Source: Octopus vulgaris (lineage: Eukaryota). From it: DNA of 64,000 bases. The stretch is from NCBI GenBank assembly GCA_951406725.2, contig OX597817.1, positions 44,578,001-44,642,000 of the forward strand, written 5' to 3'. The notes below the pieces were generated by a model. It made no database searches. It saw only the letters and a list, made by a program, of their open reading frames with translations, and was not told the DNA's origin. The position numbers and the translations under genes are program-made. Shown piece after piece: positions 1 through 12,361 of this stretch; the first letter of the stretch is position 1, and every line of letters starts with the position of its first letter.

Positions 1-9
1 CCTCCGTAT

Positions 10-13
<4 letters not shown>

Positions 14-74
<61 letters not shown>
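14..74. repeat. (TA)n microsatellite
   Basis: Pure TA dinucleotide run; source of the spurious IYIYIY ORF at 8..217. Confidence 0.97.
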
Positions 75-76
<2 letters not shown>

Positions 77-78
<2 letters not shown>

Positions 79-281
79 GACCGCGTGTGTACCGTTGGCA
101 AATTTTTTTCCTCTGTCTTCCCTTCTCTGGATCTTTCCTTCTCCTATGTTTACGACGAAGAGCTCCGCTCGAAACGTTAAACCCTCCTTCTTTGCTTCTT
201 TCCTGAGCGTCCAATAATACTATATTTGTTCCACGTCCTCGCGTTGTTGTGTTTTTTGTGCTTTCATGTTTGGATTAACTT
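77..281 (+). mobile_element. Short HHR-bearing repeat island (family H1) between TA tracts
   Basis: About 205 bp homologous to 44374-44584 (+) and, more distantly, 52170-52320 (-); carries HHR-like GTTT-ACGACGA-A-GAGC-TCC-GCTC-GAAA-CGTT-AAAC at 148-182 with a mutated core (CTGACGA in the 44.4 kb copy). Confidence 0.75.
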
Positions 282-296
282 TATATATATATATAT

Positions 297-631
297 GGCG
301 CATGGCTCAGTGGTTAGAGCGTCGGGCTTACGATCGTGAGGTTGTGAGCTCGAATCCCGGACCGGGCTGCGTGTTGTGTTCTTGAGCAAGGCACTTTATT
401 TCACGTTGCTCCAGTTCACTCAGCTGTAGAAATGAGTTGCGACGTCACTGGTGCCAAGCTGTATCGACCTTTGTCTTTCCCTTGGATAACACTGGTGGCG
501 TGGAGAGGGGAGGCTGGTATGCATGGGCGACTGCTGGTCTTCCATAAACAACCTTGCCCGGACTTGTGTCTAGGAGGGTAACTTTCTAGGTGCAATCCCA
601 TGGTCATTCATGACCGAAGGGGGTCTTTACC

Positions 632-635
<4 letters not shown>
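297..635 (+). mobile_element. tRNA-derived SINE, family A (CORE-like central domain)
   Basis: tRNA-like head TGGCTCAGTGGTTAGAGC...TCGAATCCC, then GTGTTGTGTTCTTGAGCAAGGCACTT; second copy inverted at about 3465-3760. Confidence 0.85.
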
Positions 636-715
<80 letters not shown>

Positions 716-720
<5 letters not shown>

Positions 721-1265
721 TGAGTGTACAATATGTATAGACGAATACGTCTATATATCTACTATTCTAGAGGTGGGCGACAAACAAATGAACAAAGGAA
801 GAAAGTATGGAAGAGGAACGTTGTTTATTATTTACTTTATTAATACTGGATTCAAATTTTGGCACACGCACAGCAGTTTCAGGACTGGGTGGGTTATAAA
901 ATTGATGCCAATATTAATAAACTTGTATAAGCCAACGAGCTGTCAGTCTCGTTAGCACGCAAGGCAAAATGCTCAGTGCCATTTCGTCCGTCTTTTACGT
1001 TCTGAGATCAAATTCCACCAAGGTCGGCTTTGCCATTCATCCTCTCGAGAGTTGATAATTTGCGCTAGGCGGTCGATGTAATAGGCTTGGAACATCCCCC
1101 ACCACTCCCGAAACTGTGTTCGTGTGCTAAAGTTTGAATCCAGTATTATTAATAAAGTAAATAATAAATAACGTTCCTCTTCCATACTTTCTTCCTTTGT
1201 TTCTCGCCCACCTCTAGAATAGTTATATACATGTATTCATGTATACATGATGTACACTCACGTCT
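716..1265. repeat. Fold-back inverted duplication enclosing a degenerate family B SINE
   Basis: 716-895 is the reverse complement of about 1098-1265 (e.g. AAAGGAAGAAAGTATGGAAGAGGAACGTT vs AACGTTCCTCTTCCATACTTTCTTCCTTT); the SINE lies at about 935-1145. Confidence 0.85.
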
Positions 1266-1664
1266 ATATATATACAAACATACGCAGGAATACATTTACA
1301 TATATGTGCAGAAAATGGCACCGCATAAGCATACATAGATACATTCACAGTAACGCATACTATTTCCTGTCTAGCTTTCCCGTATATTTATGATTTCAGA
1401 ATGGCTTACAAGTACACACACAATATATAATTTTCATTTGTCTTTAATATACACGCATTACACTCTGCAGCACAAACATACAGTAATTTCTACAGTGCGT
1501 CTACACAACACTTAAACCTTGTACATTACACATAACCCTACATACAGCTGTCACTTTTATCCGAAATGCTCTTCACTCACGTCGGAAACATAAGAACAAA
1601 ACAGACCAAATGTAATACCAACTTATATTTCCACCCGTCGCCTTCAGACCAGCACGTGTTAGCA

Positions 1665-2110
<446 letters not shown>

Positions 2111-2240
2111 CTATATTTTCCAATCTATCTATAAATATCCATCGATCGATCGTGTGTGTATGCAATACATATACATACAAATAATGTTAATTTGCAAAGA
2201 CATACACAAACACATACGTGGGTATCTTGTGTGCATTTGC

Positions 2241-2275
<35 letters not shown>

Positions 2276-2659
2276 CATACATACGTACATAAATTCCCTT
2301 ACAAATATGTACATACACACATCACACGCATACACACACATAAACACACATATCTATGTACGTATATATGCCCAACTACATACGCATGCGCATAAACCGG
2401 AATCTATATACACGACCGACATCTTCACAGTCACTTTTTTTACGTATAATATTCACCGCATCGAAAGGAATATCTGTCAGCAGTATTCTGAACTATACAT
2501 TAATATTATGGTTTATTGTTTTCGTTTTAGTTATTTTAGTTATATTTTCTGTTTTCCTCTATTATTGATATTTATGGTCTGTTCTACGTATGGTTTGCAA
2601 TATGTTATATATAATTTTTAGTTTACAGTAATTGAAGGAACTGCATAAATATGATTTAT

Positions 2660-2661
2660 AC

Positions 2662-2728
<67 letters not shown>

Positions 2729-2730
2729 GG

Positions 2731-2761
<31 letters not shown>

Positions 2762-3050
2762 AGGTGTATATATATATATATATATATATTTGTAAATATA
2801 TATATGCATACATACACACACACATATATATATATATATGTATGCATGTATCTATATATATATATATGCATGTATATGCATGTATGTATAGATAGATAGA
2901 TAGAAGGATGAATAGGTATGGGTATAAATATATGTATATGTATGCAAGCACACACACACACACATTCACACATATATATTTTTATATATGTATATATATA
3001 TATTTATATACATTTTCATATGTACACTCACGTCTATATATATTTATATA
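2660..3050. repeat. Compound (TA)n/(TATG)n/(CA)n microsatellite
   Basis: Direct reading. Confidence 0.93.
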
Positions 3051-3464
3051 TTCAATATTTCTTATTTAAGTCACTTTATCAGAAACTATAGAGATTATCT
3101 AAACTCGCGCTGCCTAGATATATGAAGCAGTGATGAGGTTACACGTTTGAGAAGATAAGACATCGAAACAGTGGAGGCTGTAACAAGTGATGTAGAAACT
3201 ATTGTGACAATCGAAAAGAGTAATTGTGAATTATTCACCTGTTTTGTCCTAAACATCGTAGATATGTGTTGCTAAAATTTAAGATCACTCTTCCCAGCAT
3301 CAATTAGACTACAGAAGGATTTGACATTTTTTCCAATGTAGCCGCTCGGTCGATTTGAAATTCTCTACGTTTGCTTCCAAACCCTATGTTTTCGGGTTCA
3401 GTCTCACTTCGTGGCACCTTGAGCAAGTGTCTTCTATTATATAGCCTCAAGCCAGCCAAACAAG

Positions 3465-3760
3465 GCACCTAGAAAGTTACCCTCCCAGGCATAAGTTCGG
3501 GCAAAGTTGTTTATGGAAGACCAGCAGTTGCCCATACCGGCCTTCCCTCTCCATGATACCTGTGTTATCCAAGGAAAAGCCAACGGCCGATACATCTTGG
3601 CACTTGTGACGTCGCAATTCATTTCTACAGCTGAGTGAACTGGAGCAACGTGAAATAAAGTGTCTTGCTCAAGAACACAACACGCAGTCAGGCCCGGGAT
3701 TCGAACTACAACCTCACGATGGTAAGCTCGACGCTCGAATCACCAAGCCATGCGCCTTCA
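3465..3760 (-). mobile_element. tRNA-derived SINE, family A
   Basis: Reverse complement of the 297-635 element; abuts a degenerate family C head at about 3365-3460 and an (ATT)n run at 3763-3815. Confidence 0.8.
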
Positions 3761-3816
<56 letters not shown>

Positions 3817-3820
3817 GGCT

Positions 3821-4097
<277 letters not shown>

Positions 4098-4273
4098 ATA
4101 AATATTAGGGAATAAATCCAAATTTACAGGGAAAAAAATCAGATTTAGGATTAAATCCAATTTTATAGTAAAATATTATAAAATATTATTAGAGACAAAA
4201 CCACTATTTTGTAAAACAAACAAGGAAAGACTTAATCAATACATAAAATTTTAATAAATAGTCAAAAAAACCG

Positions 4274-4316
4274 CCACTACAATCGTTTCTTGTCTTGATC
4301 GACAATCTTCAGGTGG
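4274..4316 (-). ncRNA. Type-I hammerhead ribozyme, intact core (family H2)
   Basis: Minus strand CCAC-CTGAAGA-TTGTC-GATCAA-GACAA-GAAA-CGATTG-TA-GTGG: stem I CCAC/GTGG, 5-bp stem II, near-palindromic stem III ACGATTGT, GUA cleavage triplet; lies in an approximately 250-bp island between TA tracts. Confidence 0.8.
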
Positions 4317-4350
4317 ACTTCAATAAGTCAGTTTCAAATTATATATATAT

Positions 4351-4503
4351 ATATAAATATATGAAAGTATGGAGCTGAACGACGAATTAACAAAATTTCT
4401 TTATTTTCGACATATGTTTCGAAGGCTGCATATTCCTAATATGTCGAAAATAAAGGAACTTTGTTAATTCGTCGTTCAGCTCCATTCTTTCATATATTTA
4501 TAT
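4351..4503. repeat. Inverted partial pseudo-LTR (approximately 65-bp-arm hairpin) at the 5' end of the PLE
   Basis: Arms 4351-4415 and 4439-4503 are reverse complements; the left arm and loop hold the 3' half of the HHR found complete at 31161-31257. Confidence 0.85.
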
Positions 4504-4764
4504 TTTTAAAATAAACATTCAGTGGTGGTGCCCAGGATGGCCGCGGCCTTCGGGCTAAAATATTTTTAAGGATTAAAGGATTTATACAAATTTCCACACG
4601 AAAGCACGTAATCTATGCCCTAGGCACGTAACTTCAACCGTGTTTTTTCTGATGTGAATTTGCTACCCAGGTATCGAATTATCCTTAATAAGATAATTCA
4701 TTCAACTACTCAAATATTCATATACAGCCTCCTTGAGATCCTGCTACCTTAACCGATACCGCAA

Positions 4765-7403
4765 ATGGAGTTGTTCGAGATTAACGCATCCCTTAAGGAC
4801 ATACCAATACCACCAAAAGAAACCTTCCTTAAGGAAATTGTTAACGAAACAAATGCATTCATCAACCGAATTAGATGGCTCGCTTTCTTCCATGATAATG
4901 AGGACATAAAACAGAACGGTACCGAAACATCTTCCAAATATAAGATGTTATTCAAGTCGAGGGAAACCCCTCCACCTAATCCCAGACTGAAGAAATTTGA
5001 GGACGACCTATGGGACATTGTAAGGAGCATTAAATTCCGTAAATCGCCCCTTAGGAATAAACACCTTAGATACCTCAACAAAGTCACCAAAGATATAAAC
5101 AGTTTAGACGCTATCCTGGTACAATCAGATAAAACCAGGAACACTTATAAGCTAGCAAAAAACCAGTATTTAGAAATGCTCAAGAAAGAAATACAGAAGA
5201 ATTACAGAACAACAAATAAGAATACACCCAGACAAGCCAACTTGGAAATTAAGAAAATCATGGAAACTTATGGATTACAAATGAAAACACAACCGCTGAA
5301 CCCAAGACAACCAAGATTCATCGTCAAGGACCATAAACCAAACTTTCACACCAATCCAGCATTAAGGCTCATATGCCCCTCTAGTTCCGACATCGGTTCC
5401 ATTAGTAAGTACATTTTAGATAAATACATATCTAGATTAATCAATAAGTTAAAACTCAACATATGGTCTAACTCCACTCAAGTCGTAGAGTGGTTTTCTT
5501 CTATTTCTAATAAAAACAGCACAAAATTCATTCAATTCGATATTTCTAGTTTCTACCCTTCGATCAACCCTAGTGTACTCAATAAGGCCCTATGGCATGC
5601 ACATAATAAGGCAGGCCTCCCAAGGGAGGAAATTAATATAAGTTTAGCGGCTAGAAAATCCTTCATACAGTTCGATGATAAGTTATGGGTCCGTAAGGTT
5701 ACCCCCAACACGTTCGATGTGCCAATGGGAAGCTCAGACAACGCCCAGATAGCCGATTTGGTCGGAATCTATATTCTCTATGAATTAGCTGACCAATTCC
5801 CGGACATCTGCGGCGGTCTGTATCGAGACGATTGTCTATTTTACCTACAGAATGCTCCGAACAGTATGATACAGAAGACTAAAAACAGATTAGCTGGATT
5901 TGTTAGCAGAATGGGCATGAGCATAGTTTTCGACGACGAACTAACTAAAGCCAACTTCTTAGATGTTACCCTAAATCTGCATAACAATTCTTACTTCCCT
6001 TACCATAAGCCTTCTACTAACCTTAAATATGTCAGCAATTTCAGTAACCATGCAAAAACTATCACCGATAATTTAGTTAAAAATATATCCTTAAGACTAT
6101 CAAATTTATCTGCGAATGTCGACATTTTAAAACAAAAAGTGGAATTTTATAATGCCGCCTTGTCAAAAGCCGGTTATAGGGATAAGGTATCATATATCGA
6201 CCCGGCCCATTCTAAACTAATATTTGCTTCTCGGGATAAGAAAACTAATAACAATAGAAATAATGTAATTAAGGATTTCAGCTCTAGCAACGTCGACACT
6301 AATATAATTAACAAAAATAATTTACGGACCAGAGGAGGCAATCGAAAACCAACACCAATTCTACAACACAGAAATACTCCCTTTAATGTAAATGTTAACA
6401 CTCTGAGCCATTCTAAGTAAAAAAAAACTATATCTGGTTTGTATTTCCTTTCGGGAAACAAATCAGGTCTAACCTCCCTGTACAGTTCCGTGAAGCCGTA
6501 GCTAGGAACTTTCCCAGGAATTCTAGGTATTACTCTACTATCATTTCGCATAAGGTGAGGATTGCATTCTCCAACACTAGCAATCTATCGCAGATAATTG
6601 CCTCCCATAATAATAAGCTGCTAAATAAGGACTCATCACCCAGGAGTAGCGACACTGCCCTTACCAATTCCAACCTAACATACAATAATAATAATAATAG
6701 AAATAGTATTGATATTAGCAACATCCATAGCAGCATTGGCGTTAATAATAGTAATAATGATATTAACATTAGCCGGATTATTAACAGTGGTGGTGTTAGT
6801 GGTAATAGTAACAGCATTTCTAATAACAGTTGTATTATTGATGATAACAATCACAGCATTCCTATAGTCAGAGAAATTGCCGACGATATTACAATTAATA
6901 GTAATGATAATAAGATGAATAGTATCGTGGCCAATGCTAGCTACAATATTTACACCTATCATAACAATAAAAACTCTGTCTTAGTATCGGAAGTTAACCC
7001 CAACAGATTAAAGTTCTTATCCCAAAATTCCAAAATTAGAAACACCATTTACCAGTGCAAAATTTCTTCTGGAACCGATGTCTTCTACATTGGAGCAACT
7101 TCTTCTAAATTAGCTCAAAGGATCTCCAATCATTATTCAACTTTCTGAGATAAGAGAAAACAACACAGCACGGAACTAAGTAAATTAGTTTAGCGTCTGA
7201 AGGACAGCAATACAACTTTCAAGCTGGAATGGTCCATATTGTCGGTGTCCTTTCCGTTTGATAAGGGCAGAAAACTTTGTGGCATCTGTAATTCCGAACT
7301 TTTTCATATTTTGTTCGCCAAAGTCCCTTTAATAAATACAATCGTCGAGAGGTCCTACAGGTGCATGCATTGGCAAATACACACCTTTCACTCATATGAA
7401 TAA
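4765..7403 (+). pseudogene. PLE reverse transcriptase/GIY-YIG endonuclease ORF, disrupted
   Basis: 551-aa open RT frame 4765-6420; frameshift at about 6415-6427 (A-run); continues in the 6555..7148 frame; in-frame TGA at 7146-7148 and TAG at 7191-7193; reads through STELSKLV*RLK...WSIL...CGICNSELFHIL...RCMHWQIHTFHSYE* to TAA 7401-7403. Confidence 0.88.
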
Positions 7404-7834
7404 TGATTAATATAGATAACACCTTGAATTTTAATTAATATAACTTCTTTTTTTATATATGTCACCCCCATAGTCATAAAATTTTTTTTATACTTTCAAA
7501 GAACTACTACCCAATCCAGTGAGGTATGTGTTGACTTAGTCCCTCTACCTTGCCCTCCTCTTTCTCTCTCTATTTCCCTTTTTCTATAGTAAGCACAATC
7601 AAACACACAGACACAAATCTCTCACCTCACCACTGTCTGTTTTCTGACATCTACCCATCCACATACACAATCACGCACACACATACACACACACACATTA
7701 ATGCAGTTATATACAGTCACACACACAGGCACTCATTCACAAAAGAAATTAACAAAATCCACCATTCATATGACCTGCACCCTTTGACCTTCCTATTCTT
7801 ATGCCTCTCTCCTCCAACTTCGTTTGAACTCTTT

Positions 7835-8042
7835 TGTGTGTCTGTGTTTGACCCCCCAACATCACTTGACAACCGATTCTGGTGTGTTTACGTCCCCGTA
7901 ACTTAGCGATTCGGCAAAAGAGATCGATACAATAAGTACCAGGCTTACAAAGAATAAGTCCTGGGGTCGATTTGCTCGACTAAATGCGGTGCTCCAGCAT
8001 GGCCACAATCAAATGACTGAAGCAAGTAAAAGAGTAAAGAGT
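7835..8042 (+). mobile_element. SINE family C, 3' half
   Basis: CCCCAACATCACTTGACAACCG...CTCCAGCATGGCCACAATCAAATGACTGAAGCAAGTAAAAGAG matches the tail of the intact family C copies. Confidence 0.85.
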
Positions 8043-8947
8043 ATTATTATTAGTAGTATTAGTATTGTTGTTGTTGTTGTTGTTGTCAATGTTATTTTTG
8101 TTGGTATTATTTTTGTTGCTGTTGTGGTTGTTGTTGTTGTTTAGTCTTATACTTGCTCGACCAACCTATGATGAATATATCTTAATATGTATCAAATTTT
8201 AAAATCTTGTTTCGAGCAACATCAATAACAGGTATACTCAGTAACTGAAACGCATACGGCTTGTCTGTGCGGTATATCTTCGCTTCTAAAGAACATTTAT
8301 TTAATGTGTATAAAAATTATTACTTTAAGTACAGAATTTTAGAATAAGCTATTAAACTCGGATACGCAACAGACATTCAACAATTTTTTCTGTTGATATG
8401 CATAGAGATTATTTCGAAATGTGAGAAGTTTTAGTTTGGGTAACACACAGCAATATACGAATCGTTGTGAATTATTTTAGAACAGTGTTATAAATATTAT
8501 TTATCACTTTTGTTATGCTTAAAGACACATACATTCACCAGACATTTTAAGACCCACCGCGTTGCATTTGGTGTCATGAGAAAAGATAGAAAAACTTTAA
8601 TGGATATATGACTTCCTCAATATGCACAACTATCTTTCCGAACCGCAAACATACATATATGCATACATACGTTATACATATATGCATACATACATGCATC
8701 ATTTATACATACATACATACAACATGGTGTCGAACTCAGACGCGTTGGCATAGGGCCTATCCATTGCGTCGGGTAATGAATACTATCTCCAATAATATTT
8801 GCCATTAACGCAAGCATAGTAGAAGATATTGTTATTTTCTTTGCATTTACTCAAAGAAATATAAACCAATTAGAAAAATTACCGCACATACACTATGGTA
8901 GCGAAAGAAACCGGAGTCAGCTATCGCAGATCGCACAATTATGTATG

Positions 8948-9000
<53 letters not shown>

Positions 9001-9002
<2 letters not shown>

Positions 9003-9105
9003 AGAATGTACAAAAACAGATCAAAAACAAAAAACGAAGACGGGTGTGTAAACAACAAACAGATGTATTAGTTTAACGCTCGGGAAGTAAGAAAGTCTTT
9101 TACAT
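9001..9105 (-). mobile_element. Fragment of HHR-repeat family H4 (3' part)
   Basis: Reverse complement of about 15585-15690 (GTAAAAGACTT...CCCGAGCGTTAAACTAATACA...CTTCGT); abuts the (TA)n tract 8953-9000. Confidence 0.7.
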
Positions 9106-9199
9106 GAGGAGTTACTTTCCCAATGAAACTCGGTTTTTTCCCAAACTTTTTCTCAAATCTGCTATAATGTGATACATGTCCTTAGTGTGGTAATTGTAC

Positions 9200-9286
9200 G
9201 CGGCTGAAGAAGACTTTTGACCTACCTGTTATATCAATTATGCATTGATATAAGTTGTTCAATAAAGCCCGAAACATATGTACCGC
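9200..9286 (+). ncRNA. Type-I hammerhead ribozyme with extended stem II, intact core (family H3)
   Basis: GCGG-CTGAAGA-[60 nt including hairpin TATATCAAT/ATTGATATA]-GAAA-CATATG-TA-CCGC; stem I GCGG/CCGC; palindromic stem III ACATATGT; GUA triplet at 9280-9282. Confidence 0.75.
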
Positions 9287-9871
9287 AGAATCCTTTGCGT
9301 CCTGTTTTTCTTTTGATACATACATATATATATATAAAGTAGTATATGATTATTGAATTAAATGTAATGCTGTTGCTACTTCAGAGTAATCTTTATTTTT
9401 AATATTCTCAATATATACATGCGTATATAGATGTGTGCGTGCGTGCGTGCGTGTGTTGTGTTTACGTATATGTGTCTATTTTTGTGCATGTATATTTATA
9501 TGTACGTAAATACATGCAAATATGTGTATGTGTCCCAAATATATGCGTATGCAGCAACTTCAACTTAATTTCAAATGCTTTCGTATGTATAAGTTCATCT
9601 TCACTATCTCTCATTTAGTAATTTTACTGGTAATTTAAACTTTTGGTCTTAGTACTGAATAGAAATGAAGTTTGAAATGTGTTCAATAATAAACGATTTC
9701 ATTATTGACCTATGTTACAACTTATAACCACGATGATATTTAATATTTACATTTTCTGATATCCTAGACATAGTTACATTATTTTTTCAAAATCTTTGGA
9801 ACTAGACTGCAAGCACGTTAGAGACTGAGATAAAAATACACTACGCTATTTGGTTGCAACCATATTGTTGC

Positions 9872-10070
9872 CAAGGCGGCGGCTTGGTAGAAGCGTGCTC
9901 AAGGCCGGCAGAGTACTTAGCGACATATTTTCAAATACTTTTTGCGTTCAAATCCAGCAAAATAAATTTTTCCTATCACTCGACAAAATAAAGCACCAGT
10001 CAATAACTGGTCGATACAGGCGACTTGTCCATTCTTCAGAAAATTTCTCGGCTCCTACACTTGTTTATTT
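9872..10070 (+). mobile_element. Degenerate family B SINE
   Basis: AGGCGGCGGCTTGGTAGAAGCG...TTCAAATCC...GGTCGATAC, similar to the family B consensus. Confidence 0.55.
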
Positions 10071-10212
10071 CAAGTGGAATATTGTGATTTCTGTCAGCTA
10101 TACGACAGAGAAGCCAGATAGCCGACCTTATGAGATCAAGAAAATATACATTATTTATATTATTTACACTATTTATATTTGACGTATATTTGTCCTTATC
10201 TTGTTCGTTGTT

Positions 10213-10258
10213 AACACAACGTTTCGGCTTATATACCCGCCAGCGTTTATCAGGTGTC
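10213..10258 (-). ncRNA. Type-I hammerhead ribozyme, mutated core (family H5)
   Basis: Minus GACAC-CTGATAA-ACGCTGGCGGGTATATAAGCC-GAAA-CG-TT-GTGTT; stem I GACAC/GTGTT, stem III ACGT; CTGATAA departs from CUGANGA. Confidence 0.55.
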
Positions 10259-10732
10259 TTGGAGAAATTTCAAACCTGGGATCTCATTCCTAAGGTATTT
10301 GCGATAGACTGCGATAGACTGGCGTCCCGCCCAGCTGGGGAACACATGCGCCATAGAAACCGGGAAATCGGGCCCATGAGCCTGGCTAGGCTTTAAAAGG
10401 GCGCAGTTATTTATTTTTAATAGAGAGCAGTCTTTTAAAACATACCTACTCGTGCCGATTTTCTCGACCAATACTCTTCACCGTACTACTCCAGCATGGC
10501 TGCAATCAAATGAATGAAGCAAGTAACATGGTGAAACAAAGGATTAGTCAACGCTTGTCAACGCCATTATTGTTATTTGTTCTAACGGTCTCTTTTGCCG
10601 AACCGTTTTTTTACGGGACGGGGTCAAACACCGCTTGTCAAACGATGAAGGAGAAAAACATAAACAAAAGAGACACACATGCGAATTCACACAACACATA
10701 CACACATACACACGTACTCACATTTACACATA

Positions 10733-12361
10733 CAGTTGCGGCCAAAATGTTCAGAACGGCATTGTTTTCGTCAGAAAAGTAGATATAATTTTTTATCAAA
10801 GTTGTTTTATATTTTATAATTTTCACAGACAATAAATACAATATTGATTGTTATTGTCTGAGATTTTGGTGTAATTTTAGTGGATAATACAAAAGTGATG
10901 GATGATTTAGTGATTTACTGCAAGACTCATGGCGGCCAAACTGATCAGAACGGTTGAAAAAATAACAAAATAATCAAAAATGACAGAGAATACTGGAATT
11001 ATTTAATATTTAGTGTGAAGCCCTTTAGCTTCAATCACACTCTGACATCTTCGACTGCATGAGGAAATTAAATTTTCAATTTCTTGCTGGGTGATCTTAT
11101 TCCATTCTTCCTGAAGGGCATTCCATAATTGCTCAGTTGTTTTAGGATTTCTGGCTTTCGAACGTTCTCCTAGAATATTCCACACATTTTCAATAGGATT
11201 GAGATCTGGGCTTTGAGCTGGCCAATCCATAACAATAACCTTTTCAGCCTTGAGGAAGTTCATGGCCACCTTAGCCTTGTGACATGGGGCATTGTCCTGC
11301 ATGAATATGGGTGGTCGCTTAGTTGAATTTCTCAGCACAGGCAAGACATGATCTTTTACAAGTTGTTTATAAACTCCTGCATTTAACTTTCCATATAATC
11401 GCAGCAAAGGGCCCACACTATCTCCAGATATCATTCCCAAACCATGACACTTCCTTCACCGAATTTAACACTAGTCTTAAGGCATTTAGGCAACAATTTT
11501 TTCACCTACTTTTCTACGAACGTACCTTTTCCCATCTGCGCCAAATAACATAAACTTAGATTCATCACTGAAATGCACCGTTTGCCATTTTTCTTGAGAC
11601 CACAACACATGTTCGGTTGCAAAGGTAAGACGACACTTTTTATTCTTGGAGCTGATCAGTGGCTTCACTGCAGGTGCTCTTGCTTGTAGGTCGTGTTCAA
11701 CTAAACGACGAGACACAGTTTTTCGAGATAAAGTTTTCTTCAATATAATGCTAATTTTCCGAGAAACAGCAGCAGCAGTTTTAAATCTGTCCTTTTTAAC
11801 CAACTTTACTATAGCACGATCTTCTCTCTTGGTCGTGTTTCTTGGCCTACCTGTAGACTTTCTTGCTTCACACGAACCACAATCATCGTAGACCTTAAGA
11901 ATACCGTGTACAACACTTTTTGACTTGTTAACAATCTTTGCAATAGATCCAATACTTAAATTATCCTTCCTTCGAAGCTTAATAATCTGCTGACGAATTG
12001 GTAACGGAGTAAGTGGCATTATATTAACAAAGTACACTGTAAATATTCTTACTAATGTTTAGTAAACGAACCGTCACGTAAACAAATTCAAAACATTAGA
12101 GTTCGCCGGTTAAATATACTAAAACACGGAGTAAAAGCAACCGTTCTGATCATTTTGGCCGCCATGGAGTTTGCAGTAAATCCCTAAATCATCCATAACT
12201 TTTGTATTATCCTCTCAAATTACACCAAAATCTCAGGCAATAACATATCATATCGTATTCATTGTCTGTGAAAATTATAGAATATAAAACAAATTTGATA
12301 AAAAATTATATCTACTTTTCTGACGAAAACAATGCCGTTCTGAACATTTTGGCCGCAACTT
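10733..12361 (-). mobile_element. Tc1 (DD34E) DNA transposon with IR-DR long TIRs
   Basis: TA target dinucleotides at 10731-32 and 12362-63; TIRs about 224 bp (10733-10956 and 12138-12361) starting CAGTTGCGGCCAAAATGTTCAGAACGG, each with an inner direct repeat GCGGCCAAA(A/C)TGATCAGAACGG. Confidence 0.95.
11003..12019 (-). pseudogene. Tc1 transposase, single frameshift
   Basis: MPLTPL...GRPR...FSDESKF (11486..12037 frame) joins SVMVWGMIS...FMQDNAPCH-(34 aa)-SPDLNPIE...KGLHTKY (11003..11440 frame) across one frameshift at a T-run near 11496-11502. Confidence 0.92.

Larger units (their letters stand above)
4351..7403 (+). mobile_element. Penelope-like retroelement, Naiad-type (pLTR + RT + GIY-YIG), decayed
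   Basis: 5' inverted pLTR; pLTR about 4439-4716 homologous to about 30983-31180 (-); RT with QFDISSFYPSI, FDVPMGSSD, GGLYRDD, NFLDVTLNL; linker IWFVFPF...IIASHNNKLL; endonuclease IYQC...FYIGAT...QRISNH; C-terminal CGIC...RCMH. Confidence 0.9.

Noticed and set aside
297-370. tRNA genes at SINE heads (also 28306, 34192, 43449, 57114)
   Set aside because: A and B boxes are present but there is no complete acceptor stem, and each continues into SINE body with TSDs
3125-3190. HHR-like GTGATGA...GAAA-CAG-TGGAGG-CTG-TA
   Set aside because: The first core base is wrong and there is no stem I or convincing stem II pairing
6415-6428. Programmed -1 frameshift at the A-run between RT and linker
   Set aside because: The in-frame TAA comes at the start of the slippery-looking run and PLEs normally have a single ORF; decay is the simpler explanation
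7146-7148. In-frame TGA in a Naiad-type PLE as possible selenocysteine
   Set aside because: The position corresponds to a non-Cys residue (likely CGA Arg lost by CpG decay); a TAG and a frameshift also disrupt the ORF, and I see no SECIS
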